NCBI GenBank assembly: GCA_029974925.1
Contig: JARKQH010000351.1
Location: 1 to 59,935 of the forward strand
Reading direction: 5' to 3'
DNA from: Verrucomicrobiota bacterium
Lineage (GTDB): Bacteria > Verrucomicrobiota > Verrucomicrobiia > Limisphaerales > UBA8199
DNA length: 59,935 nt
Both the position numbers and the translations under genes were made by a program. Each line of letters opens with the position of its first letter. Within the stretch, counting starts at the first letter, position 1. Of the stretch, positions 48,154-57,748 are shown piece by piece. The notes beneath the pieces were generated by a model. The model worked only from the letters and a program-made list of their open reading frames with translations. It ran no database searches and had not been told where the DNA came from.

Positions 48154-48966
48154 TTAGTTCATTTCCTGGCCGCCGGTCACGCTGAGGGCAATGCCGGTGA
48201 TGTAGGAGGACTGGTCCGAGGCGAGGAAGACCACGGCGTTGCACACATCGTCGTACGTGCACCCGCGCTTCATGGGCACCTGGTTGATGTAGGCCTGACG
48301 CACTTCCTCGATCGTGGTGGCGCCGGGCACCTTGCCCGCGCGGAGGTACTGCACAAAAAGGCCTTTCTCCGGGTGGGTCCACAACGGCGAATCCAGCAGA
48401 TTGCCGGGGCAAATCGCATTGCAGCGAACGTGGTAGGGCGCCATCTCCAGCGCAACACTCTGCGTGTGCCCGATGCCGCCAAATTTGCTGGCCGCGTAGG
48501 CCGAGTTGGCGGCGCTGCCGCGTTTGCCCGACTTCGAGTTGATATTGATGATCGAACCGCTGCGCTGCGCTTTCATGATCCGGCACGCATGCTTGGTGGT
48601 CAGAAAATAGCCGAACAGATTCACATTCATCACCGCGCGCCAGCGCTCCGCATCCGCCTCCGCGATCGGCTCGGCAATCAAAATGGCGGCGTTGGCCACC
48701 ACAATGTCCACCCGTCCGAATCGCGCCACGGTGCGGTCAAACAGTGCCGCCACCTCCGGCTCGTGGGTGACGTCCACTTTGAGCCCCACCACCTCGCGGC
48801 CGGCTTCCCGGCCCAGCTCGCCCACCGCCGCCATGACACCCTGCTCGTTGATGTCCGCAACGACCACCTCGCAGCCTTCGCGCAGCAGGCGCCGGGAGAT
48901 GGCGTAGCCAAGCCCCTGCGCGCCGCCGGTCACAATCGCAACTTTGCCCTGCAAATCCGCGCTCAT
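48154..48966 (-). CDS. srlD: SDR oxidoreductase, sorbitol-6-phosphate 2-dehydrogenase-like
   Basis: TGGAQGLG, INSKSGK, NSAYAASKFGGIG, CPGNLLDSPLW resemble SrlD; start ATG 48966. Substrate unproven. Confidence 0.75.
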   Translation of the reverse strand: MSADLQGKVAIVTGGAQGLGYAISRRLLREGCEVVVADINEQGVMAAVGELGREAGREVVGLKVDVTHEPEVAALFDRTVARFGRVDIVVANAAILIAEPIAEADAERWRAVMNVNLFGYFLTTKHACRIMKAQRSGSIININSKSGKRGSAANSAYAASKFGGIGHTQSVALEMAPYHVRCNAICPGNLLDSPLWTHPEKGLFVQYLRAGKVPGATTIEEVRQAYINQVPMKRGCTYDDVCNAVVFLASDQSSYITGIALSVTGGQEMN

Positions 48967-50573
48967 GACTGCCACGCCCCTTTCACCAGCGCGTCCTCCG
49001 CTTCCCGGGTCCAACGGCCGTTGTCCAGCGGCAGCCGCCCCTCCAACTCCGGAAGCGCGGTGAGGCGCAGTCCCTTGCAGGCCGGATAGACAAGAATCTT
49101 GCCGGGCATCAGGTTCTTCTCCACCGCGCGAATCCCGTCAATCGCCCCTTCAAGCCCCGAGACGGCGGCGACGGAAAGATTGGTGTCGAGCTGGCGGGAA
49201 ACCACCTTGGAAAGGACCAGCTTCATATCTTCGAGCGTCGAGCCGCTGGTGCCGATGAAATAAAGCGCTTTCTCGATGTAAGCGTCCAAGTCCAGCTCGG
49301 CGGTGACGTTGGCCGGGATGCCGGCGAAGATATTGATGATGGCGTGCGGGGCGGCCGAAGGAATGGCCTGAACCACCAAGGCGGGCACGGGGGCCATCAG
49401 GACAATGTAATCGAATTTTTCCGCCAGCTTGTCCTTGCTGGGATTGTAGGGGCGCAAAACGAGGCCGTTTTTGCGCGCCACCGGCCCGGCCAGCTTTTCC
49501 AGGACCGCCAGGCGCTCATCACTGAGGTCGCCGGCATAGACTGTGACGCCGGGCACACCCTGGCACAGGTCACGGATGACATGCATCGTGCCCATCGGGC
49601 CCGCCGCCCCGATGATGTTGATTCTGTTGTTGGGGCGAATTTCGGCGGTGGGCGGGATGCAGCGCATGGCGGCGGCGGGATCCGATCCCGGCGTGCCGAT
49701 GAGGCGGATGCCGCCATAGTGGACGCGGCCAACCTGGGAAACCACGGGTCTGCCGAATTTTTGGCCACCTTGCACAATGTTGAACAAACCGCTGACCGCC
49801 ACTTTTGAAAACAACCGTTCAACGGTCTGCGGATTTGCACCGAAGTAGATGACGTCGTCGTAGGCTGCGTCCTTCAGGCCGGCCACTTGGTCGGCCGTAG
49901 CGAAGGTGGTGTTGGCCGGCTGCCCCGGAAGATGGCGCACGCGCGACGGGTCCACCGGCGACTCGCCGACCACCAGCAATTGTCCGCCAGCCTTGAGGGT
50001 TTGGCGCTGCTTTTCGACGTAGGAGTCCTCCACGCAAGCCCACGGTTCGCATAATGCCAGGGCCGAGGCTGAAAGGTCCTCCGGCACGGGAATGAGCATG
50101 GATTCCCCGTCCGGCGCCGTGATCACCCGCTCATCCATTAAAACGTATTCCTGCAGCGCTCCTTCAAAATTGTAGCCGAAGGCGGAAGCAGACCCCGCCG
50201 TGGGCAGCCAGCGGTAATCCGTTTGGACAAGGTATCGCTCGCCCGGTTTGTACCGCGTCACCTGGCTGCCTACCTTGACGATCCGAACCACGGTCTCGTG
50301 GCCGGGAACCGTCGGCTTGTCGCCCGGCACATAATTCGGCATTTCCGCCAAAGCCGATCTTTCAATGCCGGATGCCACCTCGGACTTCCGGGCGTGCCCG
50401 GAGAATTGCTTGAGCAGTTTCAGGTCTGAAAAGCACAGTCCGACAACCTCGACCCGCCCAAGGATTTGGCGCGGGCCGGGTTGAAAGACCGGTTTGGCTG
50501 CGTTGAGGCGAAGCTGGTCGGGGCCAACCAACTGGACGGCTCGTTGTGTTTGCGGGAGGGGAATGTTGTTCAT
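48963..50573 (-). CDS. Zn-binding (MDR) dehydrogenase, L-sorbose-1-phosphate reductase-like, extended
   Basis: GLCFSDLK, PGHE, EPWAC, GAAGPMG, GTSGS; start ATG 50573. Confidence 0.8.
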   Translation of the reverse strand: MNNIPLPQTQRAVQLVGPDQLRLNAAKPVFQPGPRQILGRVEVVGLCFSDLKLLKQFSGHARKSEVASGIERSALAEMPNYVPGDKPTVPGHETVVRIVKVGSQVTRYKPGERYLVQTDYRWLPTAGSASAFGYNFEGALQEYVLMDERVITAPDGESMLIPVPEDLSASALALCEPWACVEDSYVEKQRQTLKAGGQLLVVGESPVDPSRVRHLPGQPANTTFATADQVAGLKDAAYDDVIYFGANPQTVERLFSKVAVSGLFNIVQGGQKFGRPVVSQVGRVHYGGIRLIGTPGSDPAAAMRCIPPTAEIRPNNRINIIGAAGPMGTMHVIRDLCQGVPGVTVYAGDLSDERLAVLEKLAGPVARKNGLVLRPYNPSKDKLAEKFDYIVLMAPVPALVVQAIPSAAPHAIINIFAGIPANVTAELDLDAYIEKALYFIGTSGSTLEDMKLVLSKVVSRQLDTNLSVAAVSGLEGAIDGIRAVEKNLMPGKILVYPACKGLRLTALPELEGRLPLDNGRWTREAEDALVKGAWQS

Positions 50574-50583
50574 GGAAAAAAAA

Positions 50584-51879
50584 CTAATCAATCCGGCTGA
50601 GAATTGCCTCAGGGGTAACCTCCTCCCCCAGGCTGCCAAGACAGCTTTCGCCGCCCGGACGAAGCCTCCGGCCGATCTTTTCGTAAAACTCATTCCGCGC
50701 GTCGGGGGAGGGGAACCATTTGCGGCTCCAAGGGCTCAGATACCCCAAGCCCGCGCGGCGTTGGAGCACGGAATGGGCATAAACAATGTGAGCCCCTTTC
50801 CGGAAAATGGGCAGCAAGGGGGCCAGTTCCGCCGTCTCGAACGAATCAACAAACTTGTTGCCCGGCGCGTTCATCTCCGTCCCGACGAGAATCGGGAACT
50901 GGCGCTTTTCAGCCTGCTCCACCACCTCGTAAAGGTTGCGCACTTTCTCATCCTTGACCCCGGGCGTGTAGTTGCGGTCCGGAATGATGTTCAGGGCGGC
51001 GGCGCCACTGGCGAGGGCAACCTCGAAGAGCTCGTCGAGAGCCCGCTCGCCGGCGGAGGTTCCGTCCAGCCAGGTCAAGGTCGGAATCGCGCCGCACTCG
51101 AGAATGAATCGGTTCATGTCGGCCATGAGCGGGAAGGAGCCCGCCCCGGGCTGCACGTAACCAACCCCGCCCTGTTTCATGGTCCGCGCGCGAATCAGGT
51201 TTTGCAGCTTGGCCCCTTCGGGCGGGGCGTCCCCCAGCTTTTGTTTCCAGAAGCTGGCGCGCGCGGCGGGATCGGGAAAGACAGCGGCCGCCTTGCGCTG
51301 GTAGGCCTCGCAAAGGTGGCGCTCGGTCGCGTTGCCTTTCGGGGTGAGGGGCAGGACATCGCGGGCAAAATCCAGCTCGACGGGGCTGAGGAAGGTGTTG
51401 ACGCGGCGGGCCACGTCCTGCGTCCGCTGGGCCGCGGCCTGGCGCATGGCATCGAGAAAGGGATGCCTGGCCTCCCGCGTGAAACCAACCCCCATGTGAT
51501 AGGCAATGCCCGGCTCTCCAGGAGAATTGATCACCCGGGTGGCGAATTCGGGCACATAAACCCTCGACTCGAGACTCACACACGCCTTGAGCTCGAGCAA
51601 ACGGCCCGCCTCGAGAAACTCCTCCAACCCGTCCAGCACGTCGAAATCCACAATTCCAGCCACCTCGAGACCGGCCTTGCGGGCCAGCCAGGCAAAATGC
51701 GAGGGCGAATAACCGTAGGCGTTGTAGGAGAAAAACGTGTGCGCGTGAAGATTGATCGCCCCCCCGGGCGCCGGCAGCACAATTCGTCCCGAGCGGGCGG
51801 CTTCGATCAGCGCCAGCAAGGCTTCCCGACGACGGCTGGCGTCGAACTCATCAAGTTGCTTTTCGAACCGTTCAATCAT
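50584..51879 (-). CDS. PHP-domain protein
   Basis: INLHAHT...GIVDFD N-terminal PHP motif; start ATG 51879 likely. Confidence 0.75.
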   Translation of the reverse strand: MIERFEKQLDEFDASRRREALLALIEAARSGRIVLPAPGGAINLHAHTFFSYNAYGYSPSHFAWLARKAGLEVAGIVDFDVLDGLEEFLEAGRLLELKACVSLESRVYVPEFATRVINSPGEPGIAYHMGVGFTREARHPFLDAMRQAAAQRTQDVARRVNTFLSPVELDFARDVLPLTPKGNATERHLCEAYQRKAAAVFPDPAARASFWKQKLGDAPPEGAKLQNLIRARTMKQGGVGYVQPGAGSFPLMADMNRFILECGAIPTLTWLDGTSAGERALDELFEVALASGAAALNIIPDRNYTPGVKDEKVRNLYEVVEQAEKRQFPILVGTEMNAPGNKFVDSFETAELAPLLPIFRKGAHIVYAHSVLQRRAGLGYLSPWSRKWFPSPDARNEFYEKIGRRLRPGGESCLGSLGEEVTPEAILSRID

Positions 51880-52116
51880 AGCTGCCAAGGATGCCTCGCC
51901 GGCATTGCCGCAACGCAACCCGCTCGGAGGCTGGCCGCGATTGGGATCGAGCGCCGTGGAAGACCACTCTCAAAAGCGCCAGCATCCTAAAGCCGCGTTC
52001 CCACGGGTCAACTGCAAAAATCTCGACCACGCCGGCCAACGCGATCCCCCCGGCAGGGGGGCTGTGTCGGGATCGCCTTGGCTTTCAGGCGCGCGGCGGC
52101 TAAACTCCTACTGTTG

Positions 52117-52557
52117 ATGAGGAACCCTCGAACCAGGACGGCCCTGGGTCGCAACCTTGGCAGTTTGTTGGGGAGGCCCGGGAATTCGCCTGCGCGCGAG
52201 CATCCGACGGCCTCGACGCCATCGCTTTCCCCGGGCATTTCCGCCTTGGTTCACGGCGCGGCCAAAGATTCCCAAAGCGCGGAAAGGGGCGGCCCGTCGC
52301 AGTCTGGTGGTTCCCAGTCGCCGCCTGCAAACCAACGCGGCCCGGTCGAGTCCTTGCCCGTCAACCCCGGCAGGCGCAGGCGAACCCAACGCCTGCTCCG
52401 AGGGTCATTGCTTCTGGCCGACCTTGCCCTGGTCCTTTTGGTGGCCCGGCTCGCGTTTGGAGGAGACATCCAGCTTGGCGCCTGGGGGACGGTCTTGTGC
52501 GCGGTTGCCGTCACCCTCGGCGGCTGGCTGAGCTGGATGGCCTTCCGGTTGGAGTAG
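52117..52557 (+). CDS. Hypothetical membrane protein
   Basis: Low-complexity N-terminus, two C-terminal TM helices. Confidence 0.55.
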   Translation: MRNPRTRTALGRNLGSLLGRPGNSPAREHPTASTPSLSPGISALVHGAAKDSQSAERGGPSQSGGSQSPPANQRGPVESLPVNPGRRRRTQRLLRGSLLLADLALVLLVARLAFGGDIQLGAWGTVLCAVAVTLGGWLSWMAFRLE

Positions 52558-52703
52558 TCGCCCTGCCCACCGCCGGGTTTGCCCGGCCTCAAAGCCCGGG
52601 CCGGCCGGGGAGCGAAACTCCTTTTCGCACGCTTGCTGTCCCACGGCTGATGGGCAATCTTTACTCCCGCATGCTCAACGGTGAATCCACAACCTCACGG
52701 ATT

Positions 52704-53945
52704 ATGGCCTCTCCCACCTGGTGTGCTCCCGCCCTGAATCGCCGCAGTTTCCTGCGTTCGTCCCTTTGTGCCGGCGCGAGCCTGTTGCTTGTGCCAAGGA
52801 TGGGGCGGGGAGACGATACCCCCTCCTCCGGCCCGCCGGACATTCCTGCGCCGTGCGCCGCCGACCGTTGGCAAAAGCTGGGGGTGGTGCTCGAGCCGAC
52901 CGAGGCCTGGGAGGGCGATGACATTCAGAATTTTACCACCCGGGCCGAACCTTTGGACAACGAACGCTGGAGAATTTGGTATTCCACCTCGGGCGCGGCT
53001 CGCGCCTATGGCATTGCCTGGGCCGAGGGCGTGCCGGGTGAGCCGATGAAGAAGACCCCGGCCGTGTACACGACGGGAGCCGCGGCGGACGCTCCGTTGG
53101 CCATCGGAAACCTGCCCGAGAAATGGAAACCGGTCCAGCCGGTTCATCTCCAACTGCCCAATGGCCGCCACCGGCTTTATTTCTGGGCGCATGGCCCGCA
53201 AATCTGCCGATACCTCGCGGCGGAGAGCGACGATGGCCGCCGCTACCATGTGCTCAATCCACTCGAAGGAGTGCTTTATCATCCCAACGACCGCGCGGCT
53301 TTTGGCGTCCCTTCACCGGACGGCGTCATGTTCCGCCGGGAAAAGAGCCCGGACCGCCCCGCCGGCGAGGCGGCGGCGACCCCTCCATTGATTTCCAATG
53401 ACGCCACGAACATCTATCTGCTGCCGGATGGCTCGTTCGAGCTCTACACGGTGGCGTTGGTGCCGGTTCCCAAATCCGATCCGGCCTATATCGCGGAAGA
53501 CAATGCTCCGGGTTACTTGCGGGTGGTGGACCGCCTGGTCTCGGGCGATGGACTGCACTTTGAAAAGCGCCAACGGATTATTCAGCGCGATGCCAACGAC
53601 TTTGTGGACCAGCAGTTTTACTACCTGTCCATGACGCCGACGCCCCGCGGGCGCGTAGGCATGCTGGGGCATTATCGCTGCGCCGCTCAAACCATGGACC
53701 TGGAGTGGTGTTTTTCGCCCGACGGCGTGAAATGGCACCGGCCAAGCCGCCAGGCCTGGATACCCCGCGGAAACCCTCCGGCTCCGGACTGCTACGGCAT
53801 TTACGCCGCCAGCCAGCTCGTCAACCAGAACGGACGCTGGCACCTCTTTTACACCGGCGTCAACAGCGCCCACAACGGAAAACACTCGTACGGCAAGCCT
53901 CGACAGGTCATTATGCTCGCCATGACCCGGTCAATCTGGGCCTGA
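52704..53945 (+). CDS. Tat-exported beta-propeller glycoside-hydrolase-like protein (GH32/43/130 clan fold)
   Basis: NRRSFLR twin-arginine signal; repeated W-x-x-W-Y, S-x-DG-x-x-(F/W/Y) and HLFYTG propeller patterns. Confidence 0.7.
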   Translation: MASPTWCAPALNRRSFLRSSLCAGASLLLVPRMGRGDDTPSSGPPDIPAPCAADRWQKLGVVLEPTEAWEGDDIQNFTTRAEPLDNERWRIWYSTSGAARAYGIAWAEGVPGEPMKKTPAVYTTGAAADAPLAIGNLPEKWKPVQPVHLQLPNGRHRLYFWAHGPQICRYLAAESDDGRRYHVLNPLEGVLYHPNDRAAFGVPSPDGVMFRREKSPDRPAGEAAATPPLISNDATNIYLLPDGSFELYTVALVPVPKSDPAYIAEDNAPGYLRVVDRLVSGDGLHFEKRQRIIQRDANDFVDQQFYYLSMTPTPRGRVGMLGHYRCAAQTMDLEWCFSPDGVKWHRPSRQAWIPRGNPPAPDCYGIYAASQLVNQNGRWHLFYTGVNSAHNGKHSYGKPRQVIMLAMTRSIWA

Positions 53946-53965
53946 GGAAATCGCGTCCCTGCCCC

Positions 53966-54697
53966 TCACCCGCTCATTCGCGGGTCCGGGATGCCAAACC
54001 GGGCCTTGATGGCCAGCAAATCCTTTACTTGCGCGGGCGACATCTCGGACAAGGGCCGGCCCAGTTGCGCGGCGATGCAGAGCGTCTGACAATACGCCTC
54101 GAGAATCTCCAGCTTGAAGTAGGCATCCTCAAGGCTGGAATGGCTCCACGCGACCACCCCGTGGTTCGCCATCAGAATGGTGTTGTGGCGGTCCACCAGC
54201 GCCGCCACCTCGTGACCCAAATCGGGCGTCCCCGGCGTCCGATATGGCGCCAGAGCCGTCGAAACAAACAGTTCGTATTCCGAAATCCGGCCCGTCGGCG
54301 GCACAATCCCCGCCAAACCGTAAGCCGTTCCGTAGGGGGGATGTCCGTGAACGGTCGCCACCGCCCGGGGCTGGCGTTTCATGATTTCCAAGTGCATCAG
54401 AATCTCGCTGGTGCGCCGTTGGTCCCCGGCCATCTGCGCTCCGTTCAGGTCCACCAGGCACAAATCTTCAGGCTTCATGAAACCTTTCGAGACCAGCGTC
54501 GGGGTGCATAATACCAGGTCGGACGCCACCCGAATCGCCAGGTTGCCACCATTCCCATCCACGTAAGCCCGCTGCCACATCCGCCGGCCCACATCACAAA
54601 TCTGTTGCTTGCAGCGCGTTACCTCCGGCCCGTTGAAAAACTTCTCAATTTCCACCCGCGGGCTCTTTGAACTGATCTCCGCCAATGCGTCTGTCAT
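53966..54697 (-). CDS. Class II aldolase (fuculose/rhamnulose-1-phosphate aldolase-like)
   Basis: GNGGNLAIR, TPTLVSKG, TSEILMH, VHGHPP, NHG; start ATG 54697. Confidence 0.9.
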   Translation of the reverse strand: MTDALAEISSKSPRVEIEKFFNGPEVTRCKQQICDVGRRMWQRAYVDGNGGNLAIRVASDLVLCTPTLVSKGFMKPEDLCLVDLNGAQMAGDQRRTSEILMHLEIMKRQPRAVATVHGHPPYGTAYGLAGIVPPTGRISEYELFVSTALAPYRTPGTPDLGHEVAALVDRHNTILMANHGVVAWSHSSLEDAYFKLEILEAYCQTLCIAAQLGRPLSEMSPAQVKDLLAIKARFGIPDPRMSG

Positions 54698-54904
54698 GGT
54701 TGCGCCCCAACATAGGTTCCTCCGATTGGGCTGTCGAGCCGCCACCCGCCCAAACATTTTCTGAAACAAAAAGCCCCTGCGGTGGGTTATGCCTGCAGAC
54801 GAATGTATGAAAATCGTTTGGGTTAAACCGCTGAGTTATGCCAGTGTTTTGCTTGTGGCCGGCCGCCGTGCCTGAAACGTCGTCCGCCCGCCCAGGGCAA
54901 CTCG

Positions 54905-55543
54905 ATGACCGAAACGCAAGAGTTCGAGACGTTCATGCGTAATTACCAGAACATGGTATTCACGACCGCCCTGCGCCTGGTTGCCAACCCCGCCGAGGCC
55001 GAGGACATCTCCCAGGACGTATTCCTGAAGGCGTTCCAGCACTTTGCCGATCTCCGCGCCAACCCCTCCGCTGGCGGCTGGCTCAAACGCGTCGCGACCA
55101 ACCTCAGCCTGAATCACCTCACTCGCTACCGTTCCCGCTGGCGCTTTTTCTCCGAATTCTCCTCGGGCAGCGAGGACGACGTGGAGGACGGCGTCGAGTT
55201 TCCCGCCGCACAGGACATCGAAAGCGACCTTGACCTCGCCGACCGCCACCAACTGGTCGAGGCCGCGCTTCAAAAGCTGCCCGCCGCCCAACGCGTCCCG
55301 CTGGTCCTTTATCATCTCGACGGCCTCGGTTACGAAGAAATCGCCGCCCGCCTCAACGTCTCACTGGCCAAAGTTAAAACGGACATTTTTCGCGGACGCG
55401 AAGCGCTGCGCCGGAAATTGCGACTCAAACTGGAAGAAAACCCGGGCGATGGCAGCGCTGCCACGGCCGCGGCAACCAGCCAGGCGGGGCAGGGCAGGGG
55501 ACACCACGCCGACGGAGCTTCGCTTTCGGCCCGCAGCTCTTGA
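54905..55543 (+). CDS. ECF RNA polymerase sigma factor
   Basis: AEDISQDVFLKA, WLKRVATN, YEEIAARLNVSLAKVKTDIFRGR. Confidence 0.95.
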   Translation: MTETQEFETFMRNYQNMVFTTALRLVANPAEAEDISQDVFLKAFQHFADLRANPSAGGWLKRVATNLSLNHLTRYRSRWRFFSEFSSGSEDDVEDGVEFPAAQDIESDLDLADRHQLVEAALQKLPAAQRVPLVLYHLDGLGYEEIAARLNVSLAKVKTDIFRGREALRRKLRLKLEENPGDGSAATAAATSQAGQGRGHHADGASLSARSS

Positions 55544-55559
55544 CGAAGGCACCCATTCC

Positions 55560-56030
55560 ATGAACCCAGACTACGAAAAACAACTGGACGCCGCGGTGGA
55601 TCGGATGCTAAAAGGCCTGCCGGACGTTGAAGCGCCCCCCAGTCTGGCGCCGCGGGTCCTGCGTGCTCTGGAGGCGCGACTCGCGCCCGCCGCGGCGCGG
55701 AGGTCCTGGCAAAACTGGCCCGCGTCGTTGCGTTGGCCGGCGCTGGCCGCCCTGGCCGCGTGCTTTGCTGCGCTTTGTTTCGGTTCCTGGTGGCTGGTCC
55801 AAACCGAGCCGCTCACGCTGGCCTGGCATCAAATCGAGGCGTGGGGGGCTCAGATTGCGACCTTCTGCAATGCCTTCAAAGCCGTGCTGGGGGCGGTCTT
55901 CCTGGCCATTCGACAACTCAGTCCCGCCCTCCTGCTGGGCGGCTGCGTTGCCGCCGCCCTGGCCTACGGCTGTTGCCTGGCCCTGGGCACCGTCTATTTC
56001 CGCCTGGCATTGAGCAGGTACAAACACTGA
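55560..56030 (+). CDS. Putative membrane anti-sigma factor
   Basis: Directly after the sigma; APPSLAPRVL motif; two TM segments. Confidence 0.7.
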   Translation: MNPDYEKQLDAAVDRMLKGLPDVEAPPSLAPRVLRALEARLAPAAARRSWQNWPASLRWPALAALAACFAALCFGSWWLVQTEPLTLAWHQIEAWGAQIATFCNAFKAVLGAVFLAIRQLSPALLLGGCVAAALAYGCCLALGTVYFRLALSRYKH

Positions 56031-56044
56031 ATTGAGGATTCCCC

Positions 56045-57691
56045 ATGAAGAACCATATCTCCACATACCTTGCTGTGATGGGCTTGAGTGCCGCCGCCTG
56101 CGCGGCGCCGCTTGCCACGCCCCCGCTGGCCGCCGGCTCGGTTCCTGAGCCCGGGACCCAGCTCCTCCACACCATCCTCCATCCATCCCTTTCCATCCTT
56201 CATTCCCACCTCAGCGGACTGCCAGCGCCCATCCTGGCCCAGGTCGCTTTGCCGGAAGAGCCGGCGGGCACGCCGTCAGGGCAGGGGAAACAAGGCCTCC
56301 GGCGGGACGCGCTTGTCGTGATTGGCAAGAGCGTGGAACTGGCCGCCGAGGACACCGCGGATGCGGTGGTCGCCATCGGCGGCTCGGTTACTATCCACGG
56401 GAAAGTTACCGGCGCTGCCGTCGCCATCGCCGGAAATGTCACGGTTCACGGCGAAGTGAAAGACGCGGCCGTGGCGGTTCTCGGCGATGTGAACGTCGAG
56501 CCAGACGCCCTCGTTCGCGGGGATGCGGTGGCCGTCGGCGGACGCGTGAAGGTGGCGGAGGGTGGAACCGTCCAGGGGGGCACACAGGAGGTGGATTTCG
56601 GGATGCTGGGAATTGCCACGCCCGAGTGGCTGCGCTTGTGGTTTGTGGAATGCGTCCTAAAGCTGCGCCCCATGGCCCCGAACGTCGGCTGGCTGTGGGG
56701 GGTCGCCGGCGGGTTCTTCCTGTTCTATTTCCTGGTCGCCCTGCTGTTTCCCCGGCCCGTCCGCGCCTGTGCCGAGGAGTTCATCGAGCGGCCCGCCACC
56801 ACGTTCTTGATGGGGTTGCTGACAAAAATCCTGGTGCCGGTTGTGTTCGTCATCCTCGCCGCCACGGGCATTGGCCTGGTCGTCATTCCGTTCCTTTGCG
56901 CCGCATTGATCTTCGCCGGCATCATTGGAAAAGTCGCCCTCCTTCAAGCCATGGGGGTGGCGGCGGGACGCCAATTGAACAATTCGTTGCTGCAGAAACC
57001 CCTCATCGGGTTTTTCCTGGGCGCCATCTTCCTGCTGGTCCTTTACATGGTGCCCGTGCTGGGCCTCGTCGCCTTCAGCGTCGCCGGGGTCTGGAGCATC
57101 GGCGGGGTGGTCACGGCAACTTTTGGCGGCCTGCGACGCGAGATTCCGCCGAAGACAGGCGGGCAGCAGGCGGGACCACCGGGCCTCAACGCCGGCTTGC
57201 CCCCCTCCGATTCGGCTGCCTTCACCGCCCCGGCCGGGGACGCAAGCATGGCATCCCCCTCGCAATCCCTTGCCCCAACGGGCGCCGTGCCGCCCGTGAC
57301 CGAATTGGTTTCCCACCCTCGCGCCTCATTCTGGGAACGCATGGGCGCCGGCTTTCTGGACACCGTCCTGGTCAGTATTCTCAGCGCGGTGGTTGGCGGT
57401 CCGCCCCTGGGTTTTCTGGTTGCCCTGGCCTATTTTGCGGGCATGTGGGCGTGGAAAGGCACGACCATTGGCGGCATTGTCCTGGGTCTGAAAGTTGTCC
57501 GGCTCGATGGCGCCGCCGTGACCTTCCCCGTCGCCCTGGTCCGCGGCCTGGCCGCCGCCTTCTCGGTGGTTGTTCTCTTCCTCGGCTTTCTCTGGATTGC
57601 CTGGGACAAGGACAAACAGGGTTGGCACGACAAAATCGCCGGAACCCTGGTCCTCAAACTGCCCCGCGGCACGCCGCTGGTTTGTTTCTGA
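56045..57691 (+). CDS. Membrane protein with bactofilin-like beta-helix repeats and C-terminal RDD domain
   Basis: AVVAIGGSVTIHGKVTGAAVAIAGNV repeats; multiple TMs; RMGAGFLD, TIGGIVLGLKVV, QGWHDKIAGT RDD motifs. Confidence 0.85.
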   Translation: MKNHISTYLAVMGLSAAACAAPLATPPLAAGSVPEPGTQLLHTILHPSLSILHSHLSGLPAPILAQVALPEEPAGTPSGQGKQGLRRDALVVIGKSVELAAEDTADAVVAIGGSVTIHGKVTGAAVAIAGNVTVHGEVKDAAVAVLGDVNVEPDALVRGDAVAVGGRVKVAEGGTVQGGTQEVDFGMLGIATPEWLRLWFVECVLKLRPMAPNVGWLWGVAGGFFLFYFLVALLFPRPVRACAEEFIERPATTFLMGLLTKILVPVVFVILAATGIGLVVIPFLCAALIFAGIIGKVALLQAMGVAAGRQLNNSLLQKPLIGFFLGAIFLLVLYMVPVLGLVAFSVAGVWSIGGVVTATFGGLRREIPPKTGGQQAGPPGLNAGLPPSDSAAFTAPAGDASMASPSQSLAPTGAVPPVTELVSHPRASFWERMGAGFLDTVLVSILSAVVGGPPLGFLVALAYFAGMWAWKGTTIGGIVLGLKVVRLDGAAVTFPVALVRGLAAAFSVVVLFLGFLWIAWDKDKQGWHDKIAGTLVLKLPRGTPLVCF

Positions 57692-57748
57692 CGGAACGTA
57701 TTTCCTTTCCTTTGCGCCCGTTCCGGCTATCTTCTACCCCGCTGGAAG

